DNA from: Dehalococcoidia bacterium
GTDB lineage: Bacteria; Chloroflexota; Dehalococcoidia; Lucifugimonadales; Australimonadaceae
Length of the DNA: 64,000 nucleotides
Direction: 5' to 3'
Assembly (NCBI GenBank): GCA_965249185.1
Contig: CBDFLS010000001.1
Location: 445,918 to 509,917 of the forward strand
Position numbers and translations under genes: made by a program
Shown: in pieces, positions 19,413 through 28,846 of the stretch
Layout: the number at the start of each line of letters is the position of its first letter
Numbering within the stretch: position 1 is the first letter of the stretch
Notes under the pieces: model-generated
The model's database searches: none
Told to the model about the DNA's origin: nothing
What the model saw: the letters and a program-made list of their open reading frames with translations, nothing else

Positions 19413-19834
19413 CGCCAGATGTATCCCTGTCCACCATCGTGGGGTGGACCGACCGGCTTGTCGATGCGTCCCACCACGCATCCAGCCAGGAGACACAGAA
19501 TACTCCGACACCAGACCCCGACGCCCTGTACCCTTCCGACGTGCAGGCCGCCATACCGCAACCTTCCTACCAGCTTGCATCCGCCCTCTCCGCTCAACTG
19601 ACCCGCTCCGACAAGGACGTACTCGACCTGTTGGCGGCCTGGCCGCTCTGCACCCGCGACCAGCTCGCAGGGCTGATGGGCGGAGTCACCCTCCGCCGCG
19701 TCGACCAGGCGCTTCGTTCATTGCTGCGTCGCTCCCTAGTTCGCTCAGACGGCTCTGATTCAGTTCGACGAGCCGGTGCTGGAAATCAGTCTCCCATTGC
19801 CCGACCAGGTTCCCGTGCCGATTGTCGACACTGA
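19361..19834 (+). CDS. second wHTH (replication-relaxation-like) ORF, possibly a frameshifted continuation of the upstream gene
   Basis: LTRSDKDVLDLLAAWPLCTRDQLAGLMGGVTLRRVDQALRSLLRRSLV; overlaps the end of 18222..19412 in another frame. Confidence 0.35.
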   Translation: MWQRCGTGIADDPPVSITPDVSLSTIVGWTDRLVDASHHASSQETQNTPTPDPDALYPSDVQAAIPQPSYQLASALSAQLTRSDKDVLDLLAAWPLCTRDQLAGLMGGVTLRRVDQALRSLLRRSLVRSDGSDSVRRAGAGNQSPIARPGSRADCRH

Positions 19835-20708
19835 TCTTCCAGAGGGCCATTACCTGCGGGGAGTATGGGTGGTTGGGTATTCCGAGGGGTCCGTGGAGAT
19901 CCACGGTTTCAAACACGTCTATCTGGTCAGTGACCCATCCCGGACAAGTGATGAGTCTCGACCGATCCCGGTGGACAAACCGACCATATCGGTGGAGCAA
20001 CCGACGAGTGTCCCTCCAGTTGCGGTGGCGAGACCGGCGGCGCCGGTCACCAAACACACCTGGGAGGTGGACTCGTACCCAAGACCAACCGACCACGGCC
20101 CGCGCGAATGGGACATTGGAGACTATAATGATGAGCCGATGGCTATGCAGTTTGCGAACAGCGGCCCTACTCTCGCCTTTCGCGATCAGCCGTTCGGTAG
20201 CAACACGGTTACGGTCAACATATCCGTTACCGGCAGCGTCGACGACGATCTGTTCGGCTTCGCGGTAGGGTGCGGGCCGGGGGATGCGACCAACGAATCG
20301 GCCGACTACCTGCTGTTGGACTGGAAGAAGGCGGACGAGTCCTACGATTTCCCGGACCCCTCAGTGTCCGACGGCGGCCTCTCAAGCCAGGGCATTGCTC
20401 TCTCCCGAGTGCGGGGAGTGCCCGATGCTGACGAGTTTTGGCAGCACAGGAACCTGGACGGCACGCCCTCCCGCAGCGGGCTGGAGGAACTACAGCGGGG
20501 CGTTAGTGAGGCTTCCTCCGGCTGGAGGTTCGATCAAGAGTACAAATTCAGGCTGGAGCTCACGCCGTCCAACTTCAGGGTTTTGCTTAACGGGGAGCTG
20601 GTAATCGATGCACCGACCCCAAGGGACTGCACCAGCGGCCGCCTGGCGTACTATGCGCTCTCCCAAGCCGACATCTCGTTCTGGGAAAGCACTGGGACCC
20701 GGCGATAG
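19776..20708 (+). CDS. hypothetical protein with C-terminal ConA/LamG-like jelly-roll pattern
   Basis: DDDLFGFAVG...YLLLDWKK...GIALSRV...YKFRLELTPSNFRVLLNGELV; frame open from 19740, start uncertain. Confidence 0.5.
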   Translation: MLEISLPLPDQVPVPIVDTDLPEGHYLRGVWVVGYSEGSVEIHGFKHVYLVSDPSRTSDESRPIPVDKPTISVEQPTSVPPVAVARPAAPVTKHTWEVDSYPRPTDHGPREWDIGDYNDEPMAMQFANSGPTLAFRDQPFGSNTVTVNISVTGSVDDDLFGFAVGCGPGDATNESADYLLLDWKKADESYDFPDPSVSDGGLSSQGIALSRVRGVPDADEFWQHRNLDGTPSRSGLEELQRGVSEASSGWRFDQEYKFRLELTPSNFRVLLNGELVIDAPTPRDCTSGRLAYYALSQADISFWESTGTRR

Positions 20709-20807
20709 GCTGGAAGAGCCGCTGCCATGAGAAGAATCACAAGGCTACTATCCACTGAAAAGTTCGCAGTTCAGTACATGTAGGCCCACCAACCGGTGAT
20801 TAGCTGC

Positions 20808-20875
20808 TGGCTCAGTGGTAAGAGCGTCCCGACGTGTCGGGAAGGTTCCGGGTTCGAGTCCTGCTTCGACCACCA
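20808..20875 (+). pseudogene. tRNA-like relic (D arm to CCA, no 5' acceptor strand)
   Basis: GCTC-AGTGGTAA-GAGC D arm, TCCCG/CGGGA stem with only a 6-nt loop (ACGTGT), GGTTCGAGTCC T loop, ...TTCGACC-A-CCA. Upstream 7 nt cannot pair with the 3' acceptor strand. Confidence 0.4.
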
Positions 20876-20883
20876 GGCCCCGC

Positions 20884-21195
20884 CTAGCGTTTGCTGGCGC
20901 TTCTCTGGCGGGCTTGGAAGAAAGCCAATATCAGCAGACCGACGCTCAACGCAAGGCAGACACTCACCATGGCGATAAAGCCGATGTTGATGCTGTCCGC
21001 GAGCGTATCGATATCCACGTAGTGCTTGTAAAGCTTCGTAAGCGCCACGGGGCTATGGAGTGCGAGCCACCAGACCACGCCAACGCCGATGGCCGATACC
21101 AGGAAGAAAAGGCCCAGGCCCAAGGTCCGTCGGCTATAGCCTTCCTCCTCGGACGGGGTGTCAAGGCCCTCAACCGGCCTCTGGTCTGTGGTCAT
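20884..21195 (-). CDS. small membrane protein (2 TM)
   Basis: 103-aa ORF with two clear hydrophobic helices. Confidence 0.5.
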   Translation of the reverse strand: MTTDQRPVEGLDTPSEEEGYSRRTLGLGLFFLVSAIGVGVVWWLALHSPVALTKLYKHYVDIDTLADSINIGFIAMVSVCLALSVGLLILAFFQARQRSASKR

Positions 21196-21246
21196 AAAGG
21201 GATCTCCGGAGCTACGTTCGATTCGAGCGCTTCAGGGAGAGCTCGC

Positions 21247-22563
21247 TCAGTTAGAGAACGTGGTGGGCGAATCAACCTTGGTCTCGAGCGCCTCCAGGGC
21301 CTTGAGGACCAGGGCCCTGCGGAACTCCCTCTCCTTCCCGGGCGACAGGCTTGGGTCACCTGTGACGTGGGGAATTGACTTACCTTTGACGATACGGTTG
21401 GCGCCAACGGCTTCGGCCACCGAGTCGAGGGTGGTGATGTAGGCCGTCGGAATACCCTGGGCCTCCAACTCTTTCGCTAGCATGGCACCGCCACGGCTGC
21501 AGGACCCTCAGGTGGCGGTGAGGACGACGCCATCCACGCCCGCCTGCTTGAGCTCTTTGACCATCTCCTGGCCAAACTGGTGCATCATCGCTCCGGTGGC
21601 CCCGTTGCCGGTGGTGGAGAATATCTCCTGGTGGAGCTGGCCGAAAACGCCCTCCTTCTCCAGCTCTCGGATGGCGTCCAGCGGCACGACCCGGTTGGGG
21701 TCGGCGTTGACAGCGGTGGTGTCAAACCCGCCATGGATGCTCTCCCAACTGTCGGAGGAGAGCTCACTGTGGTCGTGGATGTCGTACTTCAGCCATTTCG
21801 ACGCCCACGCCCGCTCAAGCCGGTCCGGGTTGCCTTTGGAGACCAGGCTGCCGGTAGTCATCAGGGCTAGCTTCTTCTTGGCCAGTCCTTGGATGGCCTG
21901 CGCCGGGACCACGCGGTGGTATTTGGGCAGCGGCCACTCGGTTACGAAGGGCTCTCCCTTCACTTTCTTCAGCAGCATTTCGATGGCCCGCGGAGCCGCG
22001 GGGCGGTCGCTGATCTTGAACACCCGGCGCCCCATGGGGAAGTAGCCCTCATCGCTGGGAGAGCCCACCGGCTCGTCCCGGCCCAGCCTGACAGCCAGCC
22101 CCGCCATGTGCTTGATGGCTTCGTTCATCCCCACGGCCGAATCTCGCGTGCTTACAATGTGCACCTGGGTCTGGTACGAGTCCACGCCGGGGTTCTCCTC
22201 GTGCATGCCCGAGACGACAGGCACGCCCAGAGCCTCCTTCGCGTCGGCGCAGACCCTGCCGCAGTTCAGGCCATACCGGCCCGCGGCGAAGGCCGGTCCG
22301 GCCACCACCACATCGGGCTTGAACTTGGCGATGAGCGCGACGATCTGGGGCACCACCTCTCCAGGCCGCTCCGCGGCGAGGTTGTCACCGCAGAAGACGG
22401 TCCCCACCACCTCACCGGCGTCTCCGAGCGCCGCCTTCAGCGCCAGTCCAGGCCCTACAGGGCCATCCTTGGACGCCGGGGGAGTGTTCGCCTTCTCCTC
22501 CGCGCCGACTCCAGCGAAGAACTGGTTCAGGTAATGGACGACTCTCAACGTACTCATACGCAC
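21247..22563 (-). CDS. grdB: glycine reductase complex selenoprotein B (GrdB), in-frame UGA = Sec at 21508..21510
   Basis: ORFs 21508..22563 and 21247..21483 are in one frame, joined by ...VVLTAT-U-GSCSRGGAMLAKE... N-terminus MSTLRVVHYLNQFFAG is GrdB-like. Confidence 0.9.
21484..21502 (-). promoter_or_regulatory. candidate SECIS hairpin for grdB
   Basis: RNA GCAGCCGUGGCGGUGC just 3' of the UGA can form a 5-bp stem with a bulged G and a GUGGC loop. Folded by hand only. Confidence 0.35.
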
Positions 22564-22614
22564 CTCCCGTTCAATCGGTCGACGCCCCGGCTGCCGATGG
22601 GGTCGGCAGCACGG

Positions 22615-23907
22615 CTACTCCAGCTCGGTGACCAGATAGTTCATGCCCAACAGGTTGTTCGCGCCCACGATGTAGCGCAGGCTGGTGGTAAACTCTCCAG
22701 CCGCGTCCACGTCCTCATGCAACAGGCGCTCCCCGCCCACCAGGGCCTCCACGGGCGGAAGGGTCACCTCCTGCTCGCGGCTGCCCACGTTGACGATGGC
22801 ATCGGCTTCCGGAACAAAGTGGACGAAACCGGGGTCGTCGTTCCCCTTCCCCACCTCTTTGTAGATGATGGTGGTCTTGATGCCCATCTGCTCGCACTTC
22901 TGCACGGTCAGCATGGAATCCACGGTTGCATTGCTATCGCTCTGGCCCATGAAGACCGCGGCCTCCGCTCCGAGCAGGCGCACCAGGTTGGAGGTGGAGC
23001 TGCTCATCCGCTCCTTCTCCGGGTTGGTGCTGGTGTTGCCCCCGAAGACAATGTATCCAACGAAGTTGAGCTCCTTACCGTGGCGCCGGCAGAGCTCCAT
23101 AAGCACCCCATTGTTCTGCTCCATGTAGAGGGTGGGGTGGAGCGTGGTAGGGGAGCCCGCGCCGGTCATAATCGCGCCGTCGAAGCTCTCGTTGGGATGA
23201 AGCAGCGTGCCGACGTGGAGCTGGGCCAGGGTGCCGTACACGCGGGGGCGAGACGTTTGATACACGCAGGCCACCTTCGGCAACGAGGGGTCGCAGGGGC
23301 CCAGTTCGACAGTCTCCACCCTAGAAGGAGTTTTTCCGGCGGTAGCGGCCCGGGCGAGGTAGGCGGCGGCCTTGCACCCGACCGCATGGACAGCCCGGTA
23401 GTACTCCACCACTTGAGGGGTGGCCTGCAAGTTTGCGCCAGCGCCATCTTGCGCGGGGAAGAAGTCGAGGCTGGGAATGAGCGTGAGCACGACGTTACGT
23501 AGCTGGCTGAAGGGAGAGAAGACGGCCCCAGGGCCGCTCATATCCACGATACCTTCACGCCAGTAAACGGGCTCTCCGGGAGCCGCTCCTCCCGCTACGA
23601 CCACCGCCGCTCCCGAGAGGGCGTTGGTCCTTCCCTGCCCGACGGTGGTTGGAGGGCCAACGAAACCGGGGAAGACGTTTCCGGGCCCCTCCACTTTCCA
23701 GCGGGGCTCGACCACGTCGAAGACGTGAACGATGCGGGACGACTCACCCGGCCGCGCCAGGTCTATCTTCACATCCGCGAAGGCAGGGTCGTCCAGGAGC
23801 TGCTCTTTGAGCTCCTGCTTATCGATAACCAACGTGCCGCCGGCCAACTCGGTCTTGTCCCCGAAGGCTATCTCTGTCACGTCGAAAGAAGCGACGTCCA
23901 GGCGCAC
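22615..23907 (-). CDS. grdE: glycine reductase complex component B proprotein (GrdE)
   Basis: 430 aa; MRLDVASFDV...VHVFDVVEPRWKVEGPG N-terminus and position between grdA and grdB. Confidence 0.85.
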   Translation of the reverse strand: MRLDVASFDVTEIAFGDKTELAGGTLVIDKQELKEQLLDDPAFADVKIDLARPGESSRIVHVFDVVEPRWKVEGPGNVFPGFVGPPTTVGQGRTNALSGAAVVVAGGAAPGEPVYWREGIVDMSGPGAVFSPFSQLRNVVLTLIPSLDFFPAQDGAGANLQATPQVVEYYRAVHAVGCKAAAYLARAATAGKTPSRVETVELGPCDPSLPKVACVYQTSRPRVYGTLAQLHVGTLLHPNESFDGAIMTGAGSPTTLHPTLYMEQNNGVLMELCRRHGKELNFVGYIVFGGNTSTNPEKERMSSSTSNLVRLLGAEAAVFMGQSDSNATVDSMLTVQKCEQMGIKTTIIYKEVGKGNDDPGFVHFVPEADAIVNVGSREQEVTLPPVEALVGGERLLHEDVDAAGEFTTSLRYIVGANNLLGMNYLVTELE

Positions 23908-23988
23908 TAACCACCCCCTAGCAATGAATGCCTACGACGCTGAGAGGGCCTCCGGACGGGGGTCCGGCCGGAGGCCGGCGGAGCGACG

Positions 23989-24459
23989 CTACGCGCCAAT
24001 TGGCATCTGTTCCCGCACCTTCCGCACTGCCTCGCTGATGGAGGCCCCATCCAACACCATCTCCGAGAGGCCTATCTGCTCGCTATACACGGCGGGGTCT
24101 ACCTGCTCTTTTACCTCGGGCTCAAGGATGTGGTAGACGGGAATGCCGAGCGGCACCCCGGCGAGAGGGCCCGCCCACGTGGGGTCGCCGCTGGTCACCG
24201 TCAGCGCGTAGACCTCGCTGCTGTCGGGCGTGGGGGTGCCGAGGACCACAACCACATCCTCTCCCGCATGCTTTTCCGCAGTCTGCTGAATCAACTCTTG
24301 ACCTTCCAGGTCAAGTGCACCGGCGGCAGTTCAGACGAAGCACTGGGTGACCTCCATCACCACCTCACCACCCGCACTCCTCACGGACTCCGCGAGAGCC
24401 GGGCCTTGAATGCCATCGCGCTCCCCCAGTGCGATCACTTTTTTCCCAGACAGGTCCAT
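23989..24459 (-). CDS. grdA: glycine reductase complex selenoprotein A (GrdA), in-frame UGA = Sec at 24331..24333
   Basis: ATG at 24459: [54 protein letters not shown]... continues into ORF 23989..24294. CxxU motif. Confidence 0.9.
24297..24315 (-). promoter_or_regulatory. candidate SECIS hairpin for grdA
   Basis: RNA CUUGACC-UGGAA-GGUCAAG: perfect 7-bp stem, 5-nt loop, starting 15 nt after the UGA. Confidence 0.55.
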
Positions 24460-24498
24460 GATTCCTCCTTACCTAAACAACGCGCAAGTACGACAGAG

Positions 24499-24825
24499 CT
24501 ATTTAGGCACCATTGCCTTGACCCATTCGGTCAGCTCGTGGTCGGAGATCATGCTCCGGCTCAGCCGGGCCACTGCGTCTCCATCCCGAAAGACGATAAA
24601 GGTGGGCAAGCCCAGAACCTTCAGATCGACGCAGAGCTGCCGATGGTCCGGCGAGTTCACCTTGATCACCTTAAGCTGCCCCGCATACTGCTCCTCCAGC
24701 TCCGCCACCGTGGGGTTGAGGGCGATGCAGGGCTGGCACTGGGGGCCCCAGAAGTCGAGGAGCACCGGCACGGGGGATTTCAGCACTTCGCTCTCGAACT
24801 GGCCCGTCTGAAGGTCGCTTGGCAT
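24499..24825 (-). CDS. thioredoxin with atypical CQPC active site
   Basis: 108 aa; LLDFWGPQCQPCIAL in place of WCGPC; thioredoxin-fold spacing; embedded in the grd operon. Confidence 0.85.
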   Translation of the reverse strand: MPSDLQTGQFESEVLKSPVPVLLDFWGPQCQPCIALNPTVAELEEQYAGQLKVIKVNSPDHRQLCVDLKVLGLPTFIVFRDGDAVARLSRSMISDHELTEWVKAMVPK

Positions 24826-24829
24826 CGTC

Positions 24830-26284
24830 TTACCCTCCGTTTCGCTCGAGGATCACGGAGACCCCATCCGAGAGCTGGGTCATCCTGCCCAGAAATAGGC
24901 TCCCTTTCGCCAAGAACAAGGCGCTGTCCAACTCACCCTTCTCCATCTCCTGCTGGGCATGGGCCAGGAAGGGGATGGCCGAGGCGATATGCCCCTGGGT
25001 GGGCGAGTAGCCCGGCATGCCGTGGGTGTCCACAAACTGGGGCATCTCCTCCCGCGTAATCTCTTTCCGCAGCACCGCCATGGCCGCGATCATGTTGTAG
25101 TTGGTCTGCGGAACGTTCCCGCTGCCCGACGGCTCCGTCACCTCCGGGTTATGCAGCTCCGTGGCGTATTTGTCCACATCGGTGAGCTTCCGGCCGGTCC
25201 GCTCCGCGGGCTCGACCACGAGGCCCTGGATGATCGCCTGCTGCGACGAGCCGGTGCCGATAGTATGCCTCCCAACGGCATCTATACGCAACAGGGGGCT
25301 TCGCCCATCGTTCTCTCCGATGATGGTGGCGAACCCCGCCAGGACGTCCTCCAGGATGGGCATGTCGTGTTTCAGGTGTCCCTGGTACTTCATGCCCAGC
25401 TTGGCCAAGGAGCAGCCGCCCACGACTGCCGTGTGGCGATGCATGCGCGAGGCGACCATCGCCCCAGCGATGGTCATGGCCTGGACGGGGCCACAGCAGA
25501 AGTCTTTTATGTCGGCGCCGCTGGCCTGGGTGCACCCGCTCATTTCGCCGATGGCCTTGGCCAGGTTTCCACCGCCGGGGTTGTACCTGTCGCCAACGGA
25601 CTCCTCGCCGGAGCCGAGAATGAACTCGATGGACTCGGGCGCGGTGCCATTGGATGCGAGCAAGCTTCGGAGCGATAGCATGGCCGTGGCCTTGCAGCTC
25701 AGGTTCTCCAGCAACCGCGTAGCCGTCAGCGCCGGGTCTTCCTCGTGGGCCCGATGGAAGCACCCGACCAGCCGCTGGCCATCCAGATAGAGCGGGACGG
25801 CGGCATCCGGCGTTGAGAGCGCCTCTTCGATCTGCTCGTAGCTCCTGCCCTCGTCCAGCTTCTTCAGGTCCGCCGCGGTGATCAGGGAGTGGGCCGTGAG
25901 CTTCTGCCGGACCTCCTCGGCAAAGCCACTCTCAAGCCACACGAGGTCGAAGTCGTCCACGATGCGGAGCACGCCGTAGAACTCGTCCTCCGGCATGATC
26001 TCTCCGTACTTTCCATGGCGCGAGGCCGATTCCAGAGGATGCTCATACCACGGTCTGGGGATACCTTTCAGATCGTCCGGGGCTATCCCACCCACAAAGG
26101 CCTGGTTTGGGGGATATGCCAGCGCACTCTCGAAGGGCTGCAGGTGGTCCTGAATGGTGCCGAGCAGGTCGGGCTGGCGAGCGATATCACGCAGCGGCTT
26201 GGAGCCGAACCGGACCAAGTCGGGGGCGTGGACCAGCACGAATTCAGTCCCCTGGACGACCGGCTGCTCTATGAGGTTGGCCAT
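24830..26284 (-). CDS. grdC: glycine reductase complex component C, beta subunit (GrdC)
   Basis: YGEIMPEDEF, HTIGTGSSQQA, GMPGYSPTQGHI, GSLFLGRMT blocks match GrdC. ATG at 26284 preferred over the TTG at 26290. Confidence 0.85.
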   Translation of the reverse strand: MANLIEQPVVQGTEFVLVHAPDLVRFGSKPLRDIARQPDLLGTIQDHLQPFESALAYPPNQAFVGGIAPDDLKGIPRPWYEHPLESASRHGKYGEIMPEDEFYGVLRIVDDFDLVWLESGFAEEVRQKLTAHSLITAADLKKLDEGRSYEQIEEALSTPDAAVPLYLDGQRLVGCFHRAHEEDPALTATRLLENLSCKATAMLSLRSLLASNGTAPESIEFILGSGEESVGDRYNPGGGNLAKAIGEMSGCTQASGADIKDFCCGPVQAMTIAGAMVASRMHRHTAVVGGCSLAKLGMKYQGHLKHDMPILEDVLAGFATIIGENDGRSPLLRIDAVGRHTIGTGSSQQAIIQGLVVEPAERTGRKLTDVDKYATELHNPEVTEPSGSGNVPQTNYNMIAAMAVLRKEITREEMPQFVDTHGMPGYSPTQGHIASAIPFLAHAQQEMEKGELDSALFLAKGSLFLGRMTQLSDGVSVILERNGG

Positions 26285-26406
26285 CTGCAATTCACTGGAG
26301 GCGAGGGGCTGCCCATCTCCGCCTATGTCGGAACTCTAACGCACGGCGGGCCGCGGCTGTCACGAGTAGACGACACTCAGAGAGGGCTCGGGCGCCGAAC
26401 ACATAT

Positions 26407-26435
26407 ATTCTAGGTATCCTTACAATAGCTGTCAA
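26407..26435 (-). promoter_or_regulatory. sigma-70-type promoter upstream of grdC
   Basis: On the minus strand: TTGACA (26435..26430), 17-nt spacer, TAGAAT (26412..26407), in an AT-rich tract; leader of about 110 nt to the grdC ATG. Confidence 0.5.
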
Positions 26436-26458
26436 TTTCCTTGCGCTCGGGGCCGGTT

Positions 26459-27757
26459 TCAGGAGGCCGCCTGTTCCCGATCCTCGCTGACTCCCTGCAA
26501 GATCAGGAAGCCCGCGAGGATCTGCACGAAGAGGACGGCCAGGGCAATCCGGTACGCGACGATGCCGAAGTCAGTGAAGATGTCGATGGTGATGCCCCAG
26601 ATGAGGGGCCCCAGCACGGCGCTGAGCTTGCCCATAAGGCCGTAGAGGCCGAAGTACTGCCCTAGCTGCCCGCGCGGCGCCAGCCGCATGAGGAAGACCC
26701 GGTCCGTCGTCCAGGTCGCCCCCAGACTCAGGCCGGCCAGGGCACCGATGGCCCAGAAGGAGGGGATGTACACCGTGCTGGCGCCCGCTACAAGGACCAC
26801 GGCCCACTGGATTAGGATCAGGGACAGCGTTTTCTTGGGCCCGATCCGCTCGACCACGCGCCCGTAAGCCAGGGCGCCGATGATGGCGAAGACGGTGCCC
26901 ACCAGTACGAAGGAGCGGTTCATGGCGTCGGTGAAATCGAACACCTTCAGCGCATACACCGCCGCGAAGATACTCACGGTAGTGATGGCGTCCATATAAA
27001 AGAAGCGCGCCACCAGGTAGCGAATGATGTTGGTGTGGCGCCGCGCATTCTGGAGCGTATGCAGGAGTTGACCGTAACCTTCTCGCAGGTAGCCCCACTT
27101 CCATCGGCCAACGCGACGCTCCTTCACCAGAAGAAAGCAGGGGAGCGAGAAGAGAAGGAAGAGGATGCCCGCGGGAAGGAAGGCCCCGCTACGGCCACCG
27201 ATGTCGACGAAGGGCTTCAGCAGCAGCACGCCGATGATGACGCCCAGATATCCCAGCGCCACCCCCAGACCGGAGATGCGCCCCCGGCTATCTTCGTCGC
27301 TGACGGTTTCCAGAAGGGAATCGTAGTAGACCAGGGCGAGCTGGAAGCAGAACATGGCCAGGGCGAAGAAGAGGAGGTTGAGCACTATCCGGTCGCTCAG
27401 GCCAATGAGTCCCATAGGGACGACGGCCATCAAGGTGAAGAGCATCAGGAAAGGCAGGCGCCGGCCGTACCGGTCGGAGACGGCGCCGAGCAGCGGAGAC
27501 AGCAGCGCGATGGCGAGCATGGTAACGGAGAAGACGGCCGCATAGGCCAGGTCCGTCACCTCGCGGTCCACGGTGAACCACGGCGCAACGTAGAGTGTGA
27601 CGGTGATGGGCCAGATGGAGTTGCCCAGGTCGTAGAGGGCCCAGCCCGCGACGGAGGGACGCCCCGCCCTGCCGCTGGACGTGGCGTTAAGCCAAGCGCC
27701 GTACAGCGCGGCGACGAGTGTGCCTGGGTTAAGGCTGAGGTTGCGCGAGCGTCTCAA
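26459..27757 (-). CDS. MFS transporter (UMF1-like)
   Basis: 432 aa, about 12 TM segments. Confidence 0.8.
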   Translation of the reverse strand: MRRSRNLSLNPGTLVAALYGAWLNATSSGRAGRPSVAGWALYDLGNSIWPITVTLYVAPWFTVDREVTDLAYAAVFSVTMLAIALLSPLLGAVSDRYGRRLPFLMLFTLMAVVPMGLIGLSDRIVLNLLFFALAMFCFQLALVYYDSLLETVSDEDSRGRISGLGVALGYLGVIIGVLLLKPFVDIGGRSGAFLPAGILFLLFSLPCFLLVKERRVGRWKWGYLREGYGQLLHTLQNARRHTNIIRYLVARFFYMDAITTVSIFAAVYALKVFDFTDAMNRSFVLVGTVFAIIGALAYGRVVERIGPKKTLSLILIQWAVVLVAGASTVYIPSFWAIGALAGLSLGATWTTDRVFLMRLAPRGQLGQYFGLYGLMGKLSAVLGPLIWGITIDIFTDFGIVAYRIALAVLFVQILAGFLILQGVSEDREQAAS

Positions 27758-27981
27758 AATCCGTGACCGGTGGCTTCCGCGGCGTCGTAGCGATTCCGGA
27801 CGCCCTCAACATGCCGCTGGAGATGGAAGATGCCCACGCCCGATAACTTAGCATGCCTGAGAAGAGGCATCCGCCCGGATATGAAGGGATAGGGTGCGTT
27901 CCATGAAGAGACGCGGGCGGGGCAGGTAGCCCTGCCTGCGTCTCTTAAGCTTCCTTTGTGCTGACCTACGCGTGTGATGAC

Positions 27982-28797
27982 CTACGCGCGGTTGCTCGCG
28001 GGCGCCAGGCGAGGCAGGGCGATCTGCGTCCGCTCGCGGACCGCCCCGTACTGCTCCCGCATCACGAGGTTGAACAGCGAGAGGTCGGTGGAGTAGGCGA
28101 TGGCCCGGCAGCCCTTCTCGACCTGGTGCGCGGCCTGGTCCACACCCCACGCCAGGTTCATGACCGGGATACCCCGCTTGTTGCACGCCTCCAGGGTCTT
28201 GTCCAGGTACTTGTCCACCATCGCCTCGGCCTCGGGAGTGCCTACCCCGCCCAGCCGCTGGGCCAGGTCATAGGGACCGAAGAAAGCGATGTCGATGCCG
28301 GGCACATCCAGGATGGACTCGATGTTGTCGAGGCCTCGGGGCTCCTCGAAGAGGGGAATCACCATTACCTCCTCGTTGCTCCGGGCCACGAACTGAGGCC
28401 ATGGCTCCCAGCCGTGCTTGGCCGCGCGGACCGGTGGCGCGCAACTCCTGTTGCCGACAGGAGGCAGCTTGATGCCCTGCACCATCCGGTGCATCTCCTC
28501 CGCGTCGTTGATGTGGGGAACGATGATGCCCTTGGCGCCGAAGTTCCCCGCCTTGAGGAGCTGCCCAACCTCTTTAGAGGTGGTGCGGACCAGGGGCGTA
28601 ACGTCCGCGGCGTAGGCGGCGCGGACCAGTCCCTCGAGCTCCTGCCCCCAAGCCGAGGTGGCGGCATGCTCACAGTCGATAATCACGAAGTCGGCGCCGC
28701 TATATCCGATGGTCTCCACCATGGTAGCGCTTCCGGTGACCGAAAAAGGGCCGAGCACCACTTCACCGGCGCGCATAGCGGACATGAGGTCTTTCAT
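27982..28797 (-). CDS. HpcH/HpaI-family aldolase
   Basis: Start reassigned to MKDLMSAMRAGE (ATG 28797). FVIIDCEH, IVPHINDAEE, EEPRGLDNIE motifs. Confidence 0.8.
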   Translation of the reverse strand: MKDLMSAMRAGEVVLGPFSVTGSATMVETIGYSGADFVIIDCEHAATSAWGQELEGLVRAAYAADVTPLVRTTSKEVGQLLKAGNFGAKGIIVPHINDAEEMHRMVQGIKLPPVGNRSCAPPVRAAKHGWEPWPQFVARSNEEVMVIPLFEEPRGLDNIESILDVPGIDIAFFGPYDLAQRLGGVGTPEAEAMVDKYLDKTLEACNKRGIPVMNLAWGVDQAAHQVEKGCRAIAYSTDLSLFNLVMREQYGAVRERTQIALPRLAPASNRA

Positions 28798-28846
28798 ACG
28801 AGTACCCCTCCTGGCAAGTTCATTGGGCTGCGGTCGGGAGCGAGAT

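Noticed and set aside
26291-26400. Glycine riboswitch in the grdC leader.
   Set aside because: I could not find the conserved GGAGAG...CACCG/ACCGAAGGGGCAA-type blocks by eye. It needs an Infernal scan before any claim.
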